Positions 31,711 through 43,115 of a stretch of 64,000 bases of DNA are shown piece after piece (the stretch's first letter is position 1; every line of letters starts with the position of its first letter). The notes below the pieces were generated by a model. It did not search any database, had not been told where the DNA came from, and worked only from the letters and a program-made list of their open reading frames with translations. Source of the DNA: Gammaproteobacteria bacterium. GTDB lineage: Bacteria > Pseudomonadota > Gammaproteobacteria > Ga0077536. Location of the stretch: positions 576,001 through 640,000 of the forward strand of contig CAXXLL010000003.1 of the NCBI GenBank assembly GCA_963662545.2. The letters are read 5' to 3'. Position numbers and translations under genes: made by a program.

Positions 31711-31983
31711 CTAGTTTACGGCATCCTTCAAGGCTTTGCCAGGTTTGAACGCAGGTACGTTGGAGGCCTTAATTTGAATCGGTTCACCAGTTTGCGGATT
31801 GCGTCCGATGCGCGCTGCGCGGTGTCGAACGGTAAACGTGCCGAACCCCACAAGCGTTACTTGTTCATTTTTCTTGAGCGAGTTTGCGATGTTATCGATA
31901 ACCGCATCAACAGCTCTCGTCGCTGCAGCTTTCGAAATCTCTGAGGCTTCAGCAACGGCATCTATCAGCTCAGCTTTGTTCAT
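31711..31983 (-). CDS. hupB: DNA-binding protein HU-beta
   Basis: [23 protein letters not shown] motifs; follows lon. Confidence 0.96.
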   Translation of the reverse strand: MNKAELIDAVAEASEISKAAATRAVDAVIDNIANSLKKNEQVTLVGFGTFTVRHRAARIGRNPQTGEPIQIKASNVPAFKPGKALKDAVN

Positions 31984-32143
31984 CAGCGATGTCCCCTTTA
32001 GATCGGTACCCGGCAGGTGTAATTGGTTTTATGTTTGCGAGGGCCGGCGTCGGCGTGACGGCGGGTGCCCGGCCGTTATATCAACTGCCCCCTGGAGCGT
32101 CAAGCAAGCACGGCCCGGGGGTCCTAAGGTTGTGAAATGACTC

Positions 32144-34552
32144 TCAGTGATGGCGACGAACGTCCGAATCTTCTTCCTGGTCGGAGCTGTCGCCGGCAAC
32201 TGATCCGTCGTCGGCTTCGTCCGCCGGTAAGGGTTCAGGCATCCGGTGTAACGCGATTGCTAACACTTCGTCAATCCATCTCACGGGTGTGATTTCGAGG
32301 CCCTGTTTGATATTGCTTGGAATTTCCTTGAGCTCACGTTCGTTTTCCTGCGGAATCACGACCTGCTTGATCCCGCCGCGCAACGCCGCCAGCAATTTCT
32401 CCTTGAGGCCGCCTATCGGAAGTATTTCCCCTCGCAGGGTGATCTCGCCGGTCATTGCGACGTCCGCCCTGACCGGAATCCGAGATAGCGCCGACACCAA
32501 GGCCGTACACATTCCGACCCCGGCGCTCGGTCCGTCCTTCGGTGTTGCGCCTTCCGGCACATGAAAATGGACGTCATTGTTCTGGTAGAAACTCGGCTTG
32601 ATTCCAAGCGACGGCGCACGGGCTCTGACGACGGTCATTGCGGCCTTGATCGATTCCTGCATCACGTCGCCGAGGCGGCCCGTGTAAATCTCCTTGCCTT
32701 TACCCCGCACGACGACTGCTTCAATCGTCAAAAGGTCACCGCCGGTCTCCGTCCATGCGAGACCGGTGACCTGTCCGACGCGATCTTCCGATTCGGCCAA
32801 TCCGTAGCGTAACCGCCTGACACCCAGGTACTTTTCGAGCGATTTCGGCGTTATCCTCGCGGTTTTATCAGTTGGTTTCTGCAGGATACTCTTGACGACC
32901 TTGCGGCAGATGGTCGCGATTTCGCGCTCCAGATTTCGCACCCCGGCTTCGCGCGTGTAGTAGCGCACGATATCGCGGATGGATGATTCGAAAATCTTGA
33001 TTTCCTCTTTCTTGAGTCCATTGTTTTCGAGCTGTTTCGGGATGAGATATTTCCGTGCGATGTTAACCTTCTCGTCCTCGGTGTAACCGGAGATCCGAAT
33101 CACCTCCATGCGGTCGAGCAACGGCGCCGGAATGTTGAGGGTGTTTGCCGTTGTCACGAACATGACCTCCGATAAGTCGTAGTCGACTTCGAGGTAATGA
33201 TCGTTGAATGTGTGGTTCTGCTCCGGATCGAGTACCTCGAGCAATGCGGACGCCGGATCTCCGCGGAAATCCATCGCCATCTTGTCCACTTCATCGAGCA
33301 GGTACAGCGGATTACGCGTGCCGATCTTGGACATGTTCTGCAGTATTTTGCCGGGCAGCGATCCGACATAGGTCCGTCGATGCCCGCGGATTTCGGCCTC
33401 GTCACGCACGCCGCCCAAGGACATGCGTACGAATTTCCGGTTTGTTGCGCGCGCTATTGACCGCCCCAGCGACGTCTTGCCGACGCCCGGTGGTCCCACG
33501 AGACACAAGATCGGACCTTTCATTTTCTTGACACGCTGTTGCACAGCCAGATACTCGACGATGCGCTCCTTGACCTTTTCGAGGCCATAGTGATCTTCTT
33601 CCAGAATATCCTCCGCGCGATTCAAATCGCGACCGATCTTCGATCGCTTTTTCCACGGAACGGAAAGAATCCAATCGATGTAATTGCGCACAACTGTCGC
33701 TTCCGCTGACATCGGTGACATCATGCGTAGCTTTTTCAACTCGTTTTCCGCTTTCTCGCGGGCCTCTTTCGTCATACCCGCTTTCGCGATTCTGGCCGCC
33801 AGTTCATCAAACTCGTTGGCGCCGTCCTCCATTTCGCCGAGTTCGTTTTGGATCGCCTTCATTTGCTCGTTCAGGTAGTACTCACGCTGGCTCTTTTCCA
33901 TTTGCTTCTTGACCCGCCCGCGCAGGCGCTTCTCGACGCTCAACAGGTCGATCTCGGATTCCATCAATATGATCAGATGCTGCAGCCGCTCGCGCAGGTC
34001 GACGATTTCGAGGATTTCCTGCTTGTCCTGAATCTTGATCGCCATGTGCGCCGCAATCGTGTCGGCGAGGCGCGAAGGATCGTCAATGCTCGACAGCGAA
34101 GATATGATTTCCGGCGGCACCTTTTTGTTGAGCTTCACGTACTGATCGAACTGCGTCATCAGTGACCGGCTCAACACTTCGGCTTCCCGGCCTGTCACTT
34201 CCTCCGCCTCTATCTGCTCCACTCGCGCAGCGAACAATTCCTCCGTCTCGACGAATTCTATGATGCGAGCACGATGAACGCCCTCCACGAGAACCTTGAT
34301 TGTTCCGTCCGGGAGCTTCAAAAGCTGAAGGATATTCGACACGGTTCCGACTTCGTGAATGTCGGACGTATCGGGGTTGTCATCGCCTGCGGTCTTTTGT
34401 GCAACCAGGAGAATCTGCTTGGAGTTCTCCATCGCCTGTTCGAGTGCGCGAATAGATTTATCCCGGCCGACGAAAAGCGGGATTACCATGTGCGGATAAA
34501 TGACGACGTCGCGCAAGGGTAGTAAGGCGAGGACGTTGGTCGATTCATTCAT
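32144..34552 (-). CDS. lon: Lon protease
   Basis: [16 protein letters not shown] and PKDGPSAG motifs. Confidence 0.98.
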   Translation of the reverse strand: MNESTNVLALLPLRDVVIYPHMVIPLFVGRDKSIRALEQAMENSKQILLVAQKTAGDDNPDTSDIHEVGTVSNILQLLKLPDGTIKVLVEGVHRARIIEFVETEELFAARVEQIEAEEVTGREAEVLSRSLMTQFDQYVKLNKKVPPEIISSLSSIDDPSRLADTIAAHMAIKIQDKQEILEIVDLRERLQHLIILMESEIDLLSVEKRLRGRVKKQMEKSQREYYLNEQMKAIQNELGEMEDGANEFDELAARIAKAGMTKEAREKAENELKKLRMMSPMSAEATVVRNYIDWILSVPWKKRSKIGRDLNRAEDILEEDHYGLEKVKERIVEYLAVQQRVKKMKGPILCLVGPPGVGKTSLGRSIARATNRKFVRMSLGGVRDEAEIRGHRRTYVGSLPGKILQNMSKIGTRNPLYLLDEVDKMAMDFRGDPASALLEVLDPEQNHTFNDHYLEVDYDLSEVMFVTTANTLNIPAPLLDRMEVIRISGYTEDEKVNIARKYLIPKQLENNGLKKEEIKIFESSIRDIVRYYTREAGVRNLEREIATICRKVVKSILQKPTDKTARITPKSLEKYLGVRRLRYGLAESEDRVGQVTGLAWTETGGDLLTIEAVVVRGKGKEIYTGRLGDVMQESIKAAMTVVRARAPSLGIKPSFYQNNDVHFHVPEGATPKDGPSAGVGMCTALVSALSRIPVRADVAMTGEITLRGEILPIGGLKEKLLAALRGGIKQVVIPQENERELKEIPSNIKQGLEITPVRWIDEVLAIALHRMPEPLPADEADDGSVAGDSSDQEEDSDVRRHH

Positions 34553-34712
34553 GAACCAATGCTCCTGAAATCTGCGGGCGAACCGGCCCGATTGACAGCC
34601 TGGTGAAAAATGTCTCCAAGACGTGTATCACTAACATGTTAGAGCCCGAAAACAGGTGAAGATTCAGATGTGGCCGCTTGAAATCACCCTTCGTATGGGT
34701 GCTGGCTTCGAG

Positions 34713-34737
34713 CTGGGGTTAATCAACGCTATTCATG
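34713..34737 (-). promoter_or_regulatory. Possible sigma32 promoter of lon
   Basis: Minus-strand CATGAA-N13-CCCCAG resembles CTTGAA-N13/14-CCCCAT. Confidence 0.35.
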
Positions 34738-34758
34738 CCGTTGAAAAGACGGCCAGAA

Positions 34759-36036
34759 TTAATCCGGAGCCGCCTTCGGGATGCCTACGCTTTCGTACAT
34801 GACAAGAGGTTTCGAATCCCCCGTGATGGCGCCTTCGTCCACCACCACCTTGGTGGCGTTATCCAGCGACGGCAATTCGTACATCATATCGAGCAGACTC
34901 TGCTCGAGGATTGATCGCAGGCCGCGTGCACCGGTTTTCCGCTCGACCGCTCTTACGGCGACCGCGCGCAGGGCGTCCTCACGAAACTCAAGCTCGCAGG
35001 ACTCCATTTCGAACAGCTTCGCGTACTGCTTGGTCAAGGCGTTCTTTGGTTCGACCAGGATCTGTACGAGCTGCTCCTCGTCCAGTTCGTCGAGCACCGC
35101 GAGCACGGGTAAGCGGCCGACGAATTCTGGAATCAAACCGTATTTGATCAAGTCTTCGGGCTCGACCTGATGCAGGAGTTCACCCAGGGTTTTCTTATCG
35201 TCCTTGCTCTTGACCTCGGCGGAAAATCCGATGCCACCCTTCTCCGACCGCTCGCGGATGATCTTTTCGAGACCCGCAAAGGCGCCGCCGCAGACGAACA
35301 GTATGTTGGTCGTGTCCACCTGCAGGAATTCCTGTTGCGGATGCTTGCGGCCACCCTGCGGCGGCACGGAGGCAACGGTTCCTTCAATCAACTTCAGCAG
35401 CGCCTGCTGCACGCCTTCGCCGGAAACGTCCCGCGTGATCGACGGGTTATCCGACTTCCGGGAAATTTTATCGATTTCGTCGATGTAAACGATGCCTGTT
35501 TGCGCTTTCTCGACGTCGTATTCGCATTTCTGCAGCAGCTTTTGAATGATGTTTTCGACGTCTTCGCCAACGTAACCAGCCTCGGTAAGAGTCGTCGCGT
35601 CGGCGATCGTGAACGGTACGTTCAACAGGCGCGCGAGCGTTTCCGCCAGCAATGTCTTGCCGCTGCCCGTCGGTCCGATCAGGAGCACATTACTCTTCGC
35701 GAGCTCCACGTCATTCTGCTTGACGCGGGTATCCAGGCGCTTGTAATGATTGTAGACCGCGACCGCAAGGATCTTTTTCGCCAGTTTCTGGCCGATCACG
35801 TATTCGTCGAGAATTTGGTTAATCTCTTCGGGGATCGGCAGTTTACTGCCGGCACCCCCGGGCGCTTTTTCCTGAATTTCCTCGCGAATGATGTCGTTGC
35901 ATAGTTCGACGCACTCATCGCAGATGAATACGGACGGTCCGGCGATAAGTTTGCGAACTTCGTGCTGACTCTTGCCGCAGAAAGAGCAATACAAAAGTCG
36001 ATCGCCATCGCCTTTGGAATTCTTGCTATCGCTCAT
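34759..36036 (-). CDS. clpX: ClpX ATPase
   Basis: CSFCGK zinc finger, [18 protein letters not shown]. Confidence 0.98.
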   Translation of the reverse strand: MSDSKNSKGDGDRLLYCSFCGKSQHEVRKLIAGPSVFICDECVELCNDIIREEIQEKAPGGAGSKLPIPEEINQILDEYVIGQKLAKKILAVAVYNHYKRLDTRVKQNDVELAKSNVLLIGPTGSGKTLLAETLARLLNVPFTIADATTLTEAGYVGEDVENIIQKLLQKCEYDVEKAQTGIVYIDEIDKISRKSDNPSITRDVSGEGVQQALLKLIEGTVASVPPQGGRKHPQQEFLQVDTTNILFVCGGAFAGLEKIIRERSEKGGIGFSAEVKSKDDKKTLGELLHQVEPEDLIKYGLIPEFVGRLPVLAVLDELDEEQLVQILVEPKNALTKQYAKLFEMESCELEFREDALRAVAVRAVERKTGARGLRSILEQSLLDMMYELPSLDNATKVVVDEGAITGDSKPLVMYESVGIPKAAPD

Positions 36037-36078
36037 TCAAGCTACCTCGAAGACTCTCAAAATCGTGCGCACTGCACG

Positions 36079-36732
36079 TTAAGCATCTCCACCGCCCGCG
36101 GTGTCGCGTTTCGTCAAAACCGCATCGATAATACCGTATTCCTGCGCTTCCTCGGCGCTCAAAAAATGATCGCGATCGGTATCGGTCGAGATCTTCTCCA
36201 ATGGCTGGCCGGTATGCTCGGCCAAAATTTCGTTCAAGCGATCGCGCGCCTTCAAAATTTCGCGCGCGTGAATATCGATGTCCGAGGCCTGCCCCTGAAA
36301 CCCGCCCAGCGGTTGATGAATCAGGACCCGCGAATGCCGCAGGCAGAAGCGCTTCTCTGGCGCGCCACCGGCCAGGAGCAGGGCTCCCATACTCGCCGCC
36401 TGGCCGATGCACATCGTACTTACCGGCGGCTTCACGAACTGCATCGTGTCGTAGACAGCGAGCCCGGCAGAAACTGAACCACCCGGTGAGTTGATGTAGA
36501 AATGGATGTCCTTGTCCGGGTTCTCGGATTCGAGATATAAAAGCTGTGCGACGATCAGGTTGGCGACGTAATCTTCGACCGGCCCGACGAGGAAAACGAC
36601 CCGCTCCTTGAGCAGGCGCGAATAGATATCGTAGGCGCGTTCGCCGCGGGCCGACTGTTCGACCACCATCGGCACGAGGTTCAACGCTCGCGGTCCAGCA
36701 CCCAGGGAATTTTCAGCTTGATCGATGGACAT
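36079..36732 (-). CDS. clpP: ClpP protease
   Basis: [16 protein letters not shown] and IHQPLGG motifs. Confidence 0.98.
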   Translation of the reverse strand: MSIDQAENSLGAGPRALNLVPMVVEQSARGERAYDIYSRLLKERVVFLVGPVEDYVANLIVAQLLYLESENPDKDIHFYINSPGGSVSAGLAVYDTMQFVKPPVSTMCIGQAASMGALLLAGGAPEKRFCLRHSRVLIHQPLGGFQGQASDIDIHAREILKARDRLNEILAEHTGQPLEKISTDTDRDHFLSAEEAQEYGIIDAVLTKRDTAGGGDA

Positions 36733-38066
36733 CAGGAGCCAGCCTTTGCCGTATTGTCAGTCTGCACCGGATCCATTAAAGCGTCAAACGAGATCCTTGT
36801 CTCAGTAAGTATCGCCCGCTCTGCGATCCAGTTCACAGCTTCTTCTTCCAGGCAGGTGCCTTCGACTTGCTGGAGCTGTTCCGCATTGTCGTAGTAGTAC
36901 TTAACGACCGCGGCCGGATCCTCGTAACTGGATGCCATTTTTTCTATCATTTCCCGCACCTTTTCGGGTGGCGCCTTGAGTTCAGCAGTTTTTATGATTT
37001 CGGCCATAATGAGGCCGAGCTTTACCCGATTTTCGGCGCGTTGCTTGATTGCGCCCTCCAATTCTTCGCCCGCTACGGCTGGATTTACCCCGCGCATCAT
37101 GAATTCCTGCGCCATCTGCTGAGCCAGGCGTTGCGATTCGCCTTTGACGAGGCTGGCGGGAACGTCGACATCGTTGGCGGCGCTGATCCTTTCCAACACC
37201 TCGTTGGTGAGGCGCTGGCGCAGGGCGCGCTCGCGCTCTTTCTCCATGTTTTCACGCACTTCTGCCCGAAATTTTCCCATATCACCATCTTTGGCGCCGA
37301 ATTTTTCCATAAAAGCACCGTTTACCTCGGGTAATACCGGTTCCGACACCTTGTTTACCGTGACTTCAAACTTGACGGCTTTGCCGGCCAGGTCCTCGTT
37401 GCGGTATTCCTCGGGAAATCGGAGGTCCATTCCGACCTGTTCGCCGGCCGATTTTCCGGTCAATTGGGCTTCGAAACCCTCGATCATCGTTCCGGTTCCC
37501 AACATCAGATCGAAGCCGTCTCCAGTGCCGCCATCGAAGGATTCGCCATCGACCATCCCCTCAAAATTGATATTCAACTGATCCCCTTCCTGCGACGGCC
37601 GCTCGACGGCCAGCCATTCCCGGTTCTGTTCGCGCAGTCTTTCGATCATCGCATCGACGTCTTTCTCGTCGATTTCGCAGTTGTATTTTTCGATTTCAAG
37701 TTGCTCGACGGGTGCCAGATCGATCTCCGGGTATACCTCGAAAGTCGCGGTATAGGTCAATCCCTTGCCCGGTGCGCTCGATACCGGATCGATAACCGGC
37801 TGTCCGGCGGGTTTGAGATCCTCGGACGTGATCGCCTCGGCGATCGTACTCTGCAATATTTCGCCGACGATCTCGGCACGTACCCGCTCACCGAATCGTT
37901 GCCGGACTACTTTCAGGGGGGCTTTGCCCTGGCGAAAACCATCGATGCGAACAGATTTGCGCAGGTTCTGCAGACGCGAATCGATTTGTTCTTCGATTCG
38001 TTCTTCGGGAACCTCGACAGTCACGCGCCGTTCGAGAGTGCTCGATTTTTCTACGGATATTTGCAT
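36732..38066 (-). CDS. tig: Trigger factor
   Basis: GFRQGKAP ribosome-binding motif and FKBP domain. Confidence 0.96.
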   Translation of the reverse strand: MQISVEKSSTLERRVTVEVPEERIEEQIDSRLQNLRKSVRIDGFRQGKAPLKVVRQRFGERVRAEIVGEILQSTIAEAITSEDLKPAGQPVIDPVSSAPGKGLTYTATFEVYPEIDLAPVEQLEIEKYNCEIDEKDVDAMIERLREQNREWLAVERPSQEGDQLNINFEGMVDGESFDGGTGDGFDLMLGTGTMIEGFEAQLTGKSAGEQVGMDLRFPEEYRNEDLAGKAVKFEVTVNKVSEPVLPEVNGAFMEKFGAKDGDMGKFRAEVRENMEKERERALRQRLTNEVLERISAANDVDVPASLVKGESQRLAQQMAQEFMMRGVNPAVAGEELEGAIKQRAENRVKLGLIMAEIIKTAELKAPPEKVREMIEKMASSYEDPAAVVKYYYDNAEQLQQVEGTCLEEEAVNWIAERAILTETRISFDALMDPVQTDNTAKAGS

Positions 38067-38149
38067 TTAGAGGAAACGATCAGTCAGCGTAACCGATGTC
38101 GGTACCGGGACGGCCAGATCACCGTGCGATTCACGTATAAGTTGCGAGA

Positions 38150-38235
<86 letters not shown>

Positions 38236-38490
38236 CGTCATAAATCATCTCTCGGGAGTCGACGAGTTGCCCGTGTGGATCCGCAGACACTTTCGCCGGA
38301 TAGGTCCGCCCGAACACCACTGCGTTCGAATCTGGCCGGCCGCCGCGGCGATCGCCGTCGCGCGGTATTATAGGTCCAGCCATAGCGACTTCATACCCCT
38401 GTAAATACAGGGATTTCAGGCATCTGGTGCTATACTTTCCACAGTTTTCAAGGTGATCCGCAGACCGTGAATTCGCAGGAGGAATGCAGG

Positions 38491-38943
38491 ATGCGAAAAA
38501 GACTCGCCGGGTGCTTGTGGCTGGCCCTGGGATTGACAGTCTCGGTCGAGGCGGCCGTCACGGTCATCGAATGCGTCGACGCGAGCGGAAATTCGTCGTT
38601 CGCGGACAAATGCCCGCCGGGCACCACCAAGAAAGGTGAAGTGAAGATCCGGGGCTTCGGCGGAAGCGACGAGGCGAGTCTCGATGAAATCGCCGCCGCG
38701 AACCCCATTACGTTTTACTCCGTTCCGGACTGCGACGCCTGCGATCTCGTGCGTAATCTCCTGACCACGCGAAACCTGCCATTCATCGAAAAGGACGTGC
38801 AGGACAATGCGGAAATGCAGGAGGAGCTCAAGGCCGTGACCGGCGGGCTCACGGTACCGGCGACCAAGATAGGCGCGAATATATCCACCGGATATAGCCG
38901 CAGCGCGATCGACAACGCACTTGAGCAGGCGGGCTACCCGTAA
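38491..38943 (+). CDS. Exported glutaredoxin/NrdH-like protein with DUF4124-like N-terminus
   Basis: Signal peptide, CVDASGNSSFAD, CDAC motif, TVP cis-Pro. Confidence 0.8.
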   Translation: MRKRLAGCLWLALGLTVSVEAAVTVIECVDASGNSSFADKCPPGTTKKGEVKIRGFGGSDEASLDEIAAANPITFYSVPDCDACDLVRNLLTTRNLPFIEKDVQDNAEMQEELKAVTGGLTVPATKIGANISTGYSRSAIDNALEQAGYP

Positions 38944-38985
38944 CCCGCCGATTGACGGGCTGAGGCGTGAGTCTGGAACGCACCG

Positions 38986-39423
38986 GTGTACGATTCTTCG
39001 ATCGAAGCCGAGAACGCTTTTTACGACGCATTCCGCGCAGCCGACATAGAAGCGATGATGCAGGTGTGGGCCGTCAGCTTCGACGTCGTTTGCGTGCATC
39101 CGTCCGGCCCACGCCTGGAAGGCGTGCCCGAAATCCGCAAGAGTTGGGAACTCATATTCAAGGATGGCATGCGGCGCGACTTCAAGATACGCTGCCGGCG
39201 CATCGTCGGAGCCGATGATTACCGTATACACCTCCTGGAGGAGAACATCACCGTATCCGGCACCCCGCTCGTTTCGCCACCGGTGTTAGCGACCAACGTC
39301 TATCAGCAAATGCAGGGCGGCTGGTACATGGTTCTGCATCATGCCAGCGTTTCGCCGGCCCCACTCCCACTAGAGGAAGACGAACCAAGCGACCAGAACA
39401 ATGGTCCTCCAATGCTGCATTGA
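38986..39423 (+). CDS. SnoaL/NTF2-like domain protein
   Basis: FYDAF..ADIEAMM.VW, CVHP, ATNVY and MVLHHAS motifs. Confidence 0.85.
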   Translation: MYDSSIEAENAFYDAFRAADIEAMMQVWAVSFDVVCVHPSGPRLEGVPEIRKSWELIFKDGMRRDFKIRCRRIVGADDYRIHLLEENITVSGTPLVSPPVLATNVYQQMQGGWYMVLHHASVSPAPLPLEEDEPSDQNNGPPMLH

Positions 39424-39557
39424 CACCGCGTTCTAACCCATAATGCAGACAATGATGTAGCCAGGCGTTACGTGCGCCCGGTATCGCGATTCGGATCAGC
39501 GCGTACTCATGCGACCCCGGCAAAGCCCCCGAAGCTTCCAATTTATCAGGCTTTCAC

Positions 39558-39585
39558 TAAAGAAATGGCACCCCGGCGCCGATTG
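39558..39585 (+). promoter_or_regulatory. Possible sigma28 (FliA) promoter
   Basis: TAAAG-N15-GCCGATTG about 30 bp upstream of the kinase-HDOD start. Confidence 0.45.
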
Positions 39586-39616
39586 ATTCACTCAGGCGTA
39601 TTCCGGCGACATCCCT

Positions 39617-41386
39617 TTGGGCACCCCAAATAGAGCTTTGATCCTGCCTGAGACCATCGGGCGCTATTCAATCGAACGGCTCCTGGGCAAAGGCGGTCAG
39701 GGCATCGTATTGCTGGCGCGTGACCGGGAACTCGACAGACAGGTCGCCGTCAAGTTGCTCAAACCGAACGAATCCCACGAAGACGGAACGCTCGTGCGTG
39801 AGGCCCGCATCGTCAGCGGCCTGCAGCATCCCAATATCGTGACCTTGCACGATGTCGGCATCTACAACGGGATGCAATACCTCGTGTTTGAATATATCGA
39901 CGGCGAATCGCTCGAGTCCCGCCTTCGAACCAGCGGCAATTTCACGCTTGCCGAAAGCGTGATCATGATGAGTCAGATCCTCGCGGGTGTTGCCTACCTG
40001 CACGAAAACGATATTGTCCACCGCGATCTTAGCCCGCCCAATATTATGATCAGCAAAAACGGCATACCGAAAGTTACCGATTTCGGGCTATCGGTGCTCA
40101 CACATCAGTTACGCCGGCCAGGCGCTGGCGTTAGCGGCACCCTGCGTTATATGTCTCCCGAACCGTTCAAGGAGCAACCGTTGGGACCACATTCCGACGT
40201 CTTTACAATGGCGAGTGTATTCTTCGAAATGCTCACCGGTACGCGCTTATTCGACGCGGCAACACCCGACGAGGTCATCCGGGCGATTACCGAGGGTGAA
40301 CCGATTGATGTAAGAGGCCACGCAGTCGAGGTCTCATCGATCGTCGCACGCGTACTGGAATGCGCCTCGGCGCGCGAGGTAGCGGACCGTTATCCGCACG
40401 CGCGTGCCATGAAGAACGCGCTCGACGAATACCGGCTTCCGCGTGACGGTGCGTCCGGCAATCACAGTACGGTCGATTTCCTATTGCGCCGCATGTCCCA
40501 CAAACAAGGATTCTCCTCGCTATCACAGCACATTGCGGAGGTGCTCAAGATCACCTCTGACGATTCCGTTGCGCCCGCGAACCGACTGGTCAATATCATT
40601 GCCAAGGACATCACCCTAACCCAGCGAATACTCACCATGGCCAATTCGGCTTATTACGGAAATGCGGAGATCAATGCGCTTGGGCGCGCCGTGGTGCTGC
40701 TTGGCGTCGACCAGGTGCGCATGTGCATCACCAGCGCGCTGCTCGAAAACGAGTTCGAACTCGGTTCTGCCGCGCTGCGCGAAGCGATGCTGAAATCGTT
40801 CCACAGCGCCATATTCGCCAAGGAAATCGCAGGTTCCTGCGAAATCCGCAATAGCGCGGATGCCTTTACCTGCGCCATGTTTCACGATCTCGGGCGCACC
40901 CTCACCATTCACTACCTGGCCGATGAGTTCAACGCCATCTTGGCATCCAGCCGGCGCACGCACAACGATGAGTTGACCGAATCGCGGGAAGTGCTGGGCG
41001 TTCCCTACCACGAAATTGGCATCGCGGTCGGCACGCACTGGAAGTTCGCCAATACCATCATCGCGTCCATGCGCCCCCTGCCACGCGGCATGCTGGAAAA
41101 GCTGGAGTCGCTTGACGAAAGACTGCCGACCTGCGCGGCCTACGCCAATGCCGTCAGTCGTACAGTGATGGATTACGAGGAACCTGAAACGCGTGATATC
41201 GCACTCGAACACCTGAACGAACGGGTCGTTTGCGCGCTCTCGCCCGCAGCCGACGATTTCAGCTCTGCACTCGTGCAGGCGTCCATCCTGACCGCGCAGT
41301 ACGCACGGTTGATCAAGATCAAGCTGGAGGACAGCGAAGCTGCCCAGCGCCTGCTCGCCTTCACGCCTCTGGCAGGCGCGGCCTGA
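39617..41386 (+). CDS. Hanks-type Ser/Thr kinase fused to an HDOD domain
   Basis: GKGGQG, VAVK, HRDLSPPN, DFG and YMSPE; then ILTMANSAYY, RAVVLLG, FHDLG. Confidence 0.9.
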   Translation: MGTPNRALILPETIGRYSIERLLGKGGQGIVLLARDRELDRQVAVKLLKPNESHEDGTLVREARIVSGLQHPNIVTLHDVGIYNGMQYLVFEYIDGESLESRLRTSGNFTLAESVIMMSQILAGVAYLHENDIVHRDLSPPNIMISKNGIPKVTDFGLSVLTHQLRRPGAGVSGTLRYMSPEPFKEQPLGPHSDVFTMASVFFEMLTGTRLFDAATPDEVIRAITEGEPIDVRGHAVEVSSIVARVLECASAREVADRYPHARAMKNALDEYRLPRDGASGNHSTVDFLLRRMSHKQGFSSLSQHIAEVLKITSDDSVAPANRLVNIIAKDITLTQRILTMANSAYYGNAEINALGRAVVLLGVDQVRMCITSALLENEFELGSAALREAMLKSFHSAIFAKEIAGSCEIRNSADAFTCAMFHDLGRTLTIHYLADEFNAILASSRRTHNDELTESREVLGVPYHEIGIAVGTHWKFANTIIASMRPLPRGMLEKLESLDERLPTCAAYANAVSRTVMDYEEPETRDIALEHLNERVVCALSPAADDFSSALVQASILTAQYARLIKIKLEDSEAAQRLLAFTPLAGAA

Positions 41387-41634
41387 AGGGGTGTTTCGCA
41401 TAGGACCGCTGACGGCTACAGCGGAAGAGCTTAATCGCCGGTCCTCGTGCGGCGATGCGGTGACATCGAGCGGCTCGCGCCCGCCCGGCAGCCTAAGCCA
41501 CGGCACCCGCGATCAGTCCCCGGAGCCGCGATCAAGTGGCCTGGCTTGCAATGAAACAATTCCTTGCAATTAGTGCTTTTAAGGGGGACTAATCTATAGT
41601 CTAAATATTACCAGGCATGCGATGGGGGCGAGTG

Positions 41635-42369
41635 ATGGCAGAAACCATAGCGAACGATGATCGGCGGTCCGTCTACCGGGTCAAGCCGATATCAAGCGAA
41701 GAACTGAATTTTTCGGTTCTTGGCGAACGTCATCAAATGATTCGCGGCGAGGTTACCGACGTCGCTATCACTGGCGCGCGCGTCCGCTTCGATATAGACA
41801 ACGCGCCCAAACTGGCCAGCGGAGATCACGTCGTGATGGCGTTCGCTTCACCGCTGCATCAATACGACACGAACGTGTTAGCAAAGGTTATTTCGACGTC
41901 GGAAGATTTAAAAGAAAAAGTCGTTCAGGTTTCTTTCGACGAAGATTACGAACCTCTGAAGATCGATCGTGACGAACTCTTCGCGTTATTTAATCGTCGT
42001 GCCATGCAGCGCGGCGCGGCAGACAGTGCGAAAGAAGATTTCATCGCGAAAGTATCGCCGGGCAGCGGCGGTGAGGTACAACTCAACCAATATGAGGCTT
42101 CGATCCTGAATATATCCACCACCGGTGTAAGCTTCACTATCAACGACGAAGTGCACAAGGTCCTCGAGGATCACTCGGATATTCGCATCGAGCTCAAGCG
42201 TCCGGACAACGGCAGCACCAGTACGATCGCTTGCAGCGTACGTCATCGCTCGCAGTTCGGGGACGGCTTCATCTACGGCTGCGAGTACGATTGGAGCGCA
42301 ACTACCGATCCGCTCGCCGTGGTCGAGGACCTCGTTTCATATTTGTTCGGACTCACCGAACAAAACTAG
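41635..42369 (+). CDS. Tandem PilZ domain protein
   Basis: RRSVYR..DVAITG and RRAMQR..NISTTG (RxxxR / D-N-xSxxG) motifs. Confidence 0.75.
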   Translation: MAETIANDDRRSVYRVKPISSEELNFSVLGERHQMIRGEVTDVAITGARVRFDIDNAPKLASGDHVVMAFASPLHQYDTNVLAKVISTSEDLKEKVVQVSFDEDYEPLKIDRDELFALFNRRAMQRGAADSAKEDFIAKVSPGSGGEVQLNQYEASILNISTTGVSFTINDEVHKVLEDHSDIRIELKRPDNGSTSTIACSVRHRSQFGDGFIYGCEYDWSATTDPLAVVEDLVSYLFGLTEQN

Positions 42370-42539
42370 AAGCACGAGATCGGCGGCCTCGCTGCAGGCG
42401 TCGAACAGCAACATCTTACGTTGAGAGCGTGCCTGCTTCGCCGAAGCACTTGGATATAGCGCCAATAAAGCCGTTGCTCTGCGCTTCGCAAGCGCACGCT
42501 CATCTACAACACGCGTGCGAATAATTTTGATATAGGCTC

Positions 42540-42706
42540 TAACAGGTTGGTGAAAAACGTCTTCCTGACATTTTTCACCTCGCTACAACGAAAAGGCAGT
42601 TTCCGATGCGCTCCATCCATCAAGAACTTGACCGCGAGATGGATGCCGGTACATCCCTGTACCGGACACAAGCTGACGAAAAACCGAGTTTTTCACCACC
42701 CTGCTA
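42540..42706. mobile_element. MITE with 19-bp imperfect terminal inverted repeats
   Basis: TAACAGGTTGGTGAAAAAC / GTTTTTCACCACCCTGCTA (17 of 19 pair); no transposase. Confidence 0.7.
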
Positions 42707-42734
42707 AGGAACCGCTGAAGATCGAGGACAGTAA

Positions 42735-42890
42735 GTGTCATTCTGGATTGCGGCTTGGGTATTTCTGTTTGCTTTCGTTGCCTGCCTGGCTTCGATTTTC
42801 GGTGCGGAAAGGTGGCGTGATAATCTGCCTTTCGCGTTGGCTATGGCCGCTGTCATGGCGGCCGCCGCGCTCATCATTATGGAGACTTAA
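42735..42890 (+). CDS. Small 51-aa two-helix membrane protein (below the ORF-track cutoff)
   Basis: GAGGA RBS and GTG start; MSFWIAAWVFLFAFVACLASIFGAERWRDNLPFALAMAAVMAAAALIIMET. Confidence 0.55.
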   Translation: MSFWIAAWVFLFAFVACLASIFGAERWRDNLPFALAMAAVMAAAALIIMET

Positions 42891-43056
42891 GGAACCTCTG
42901 AATAAGTTAGGGCACACCTGCCGTGCGCCTGAAATCGCGGAGCTTTACGTTACGAAGCTTGCCCATAGTCCCCGCTATGGCCGGCGATTCGTGCCTTGAT
43001 CCGCGCGACTTCATGCACCATTCAGACGCACCTTAACTTATTCAGAGGTTCCTTAA
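42887..43056. mobile_element. MITE with 23-bp perfect terminal inverted repeats including TTAA
   Basis: TTAAGGAACCTCTGAATAAGTTA / TAACTTATTCAGAGGTTCCTTAA; apical CATAG-TCCCCG-CTATG. Confidence 0.8.
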
Positions 43057-43115
43057 TTCGGACGTGATGTGCGCCGAAGAAATTGATCTATCGTTTCGAC
43101 ACAGGAGAAAACCCT

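Noticed and set aside
42418-42512. Hairpin (GAGCGTGC / GCACGCTC) as an integron attC site
   Set aside because: No clear RYYYAAC / GTTRRRY boundaries, no integrase and no cassette array
42547-42999. 150-aa ORF
   Set aside because: It runs through two MITEs; the 51-aa ORF in another frame is more credible
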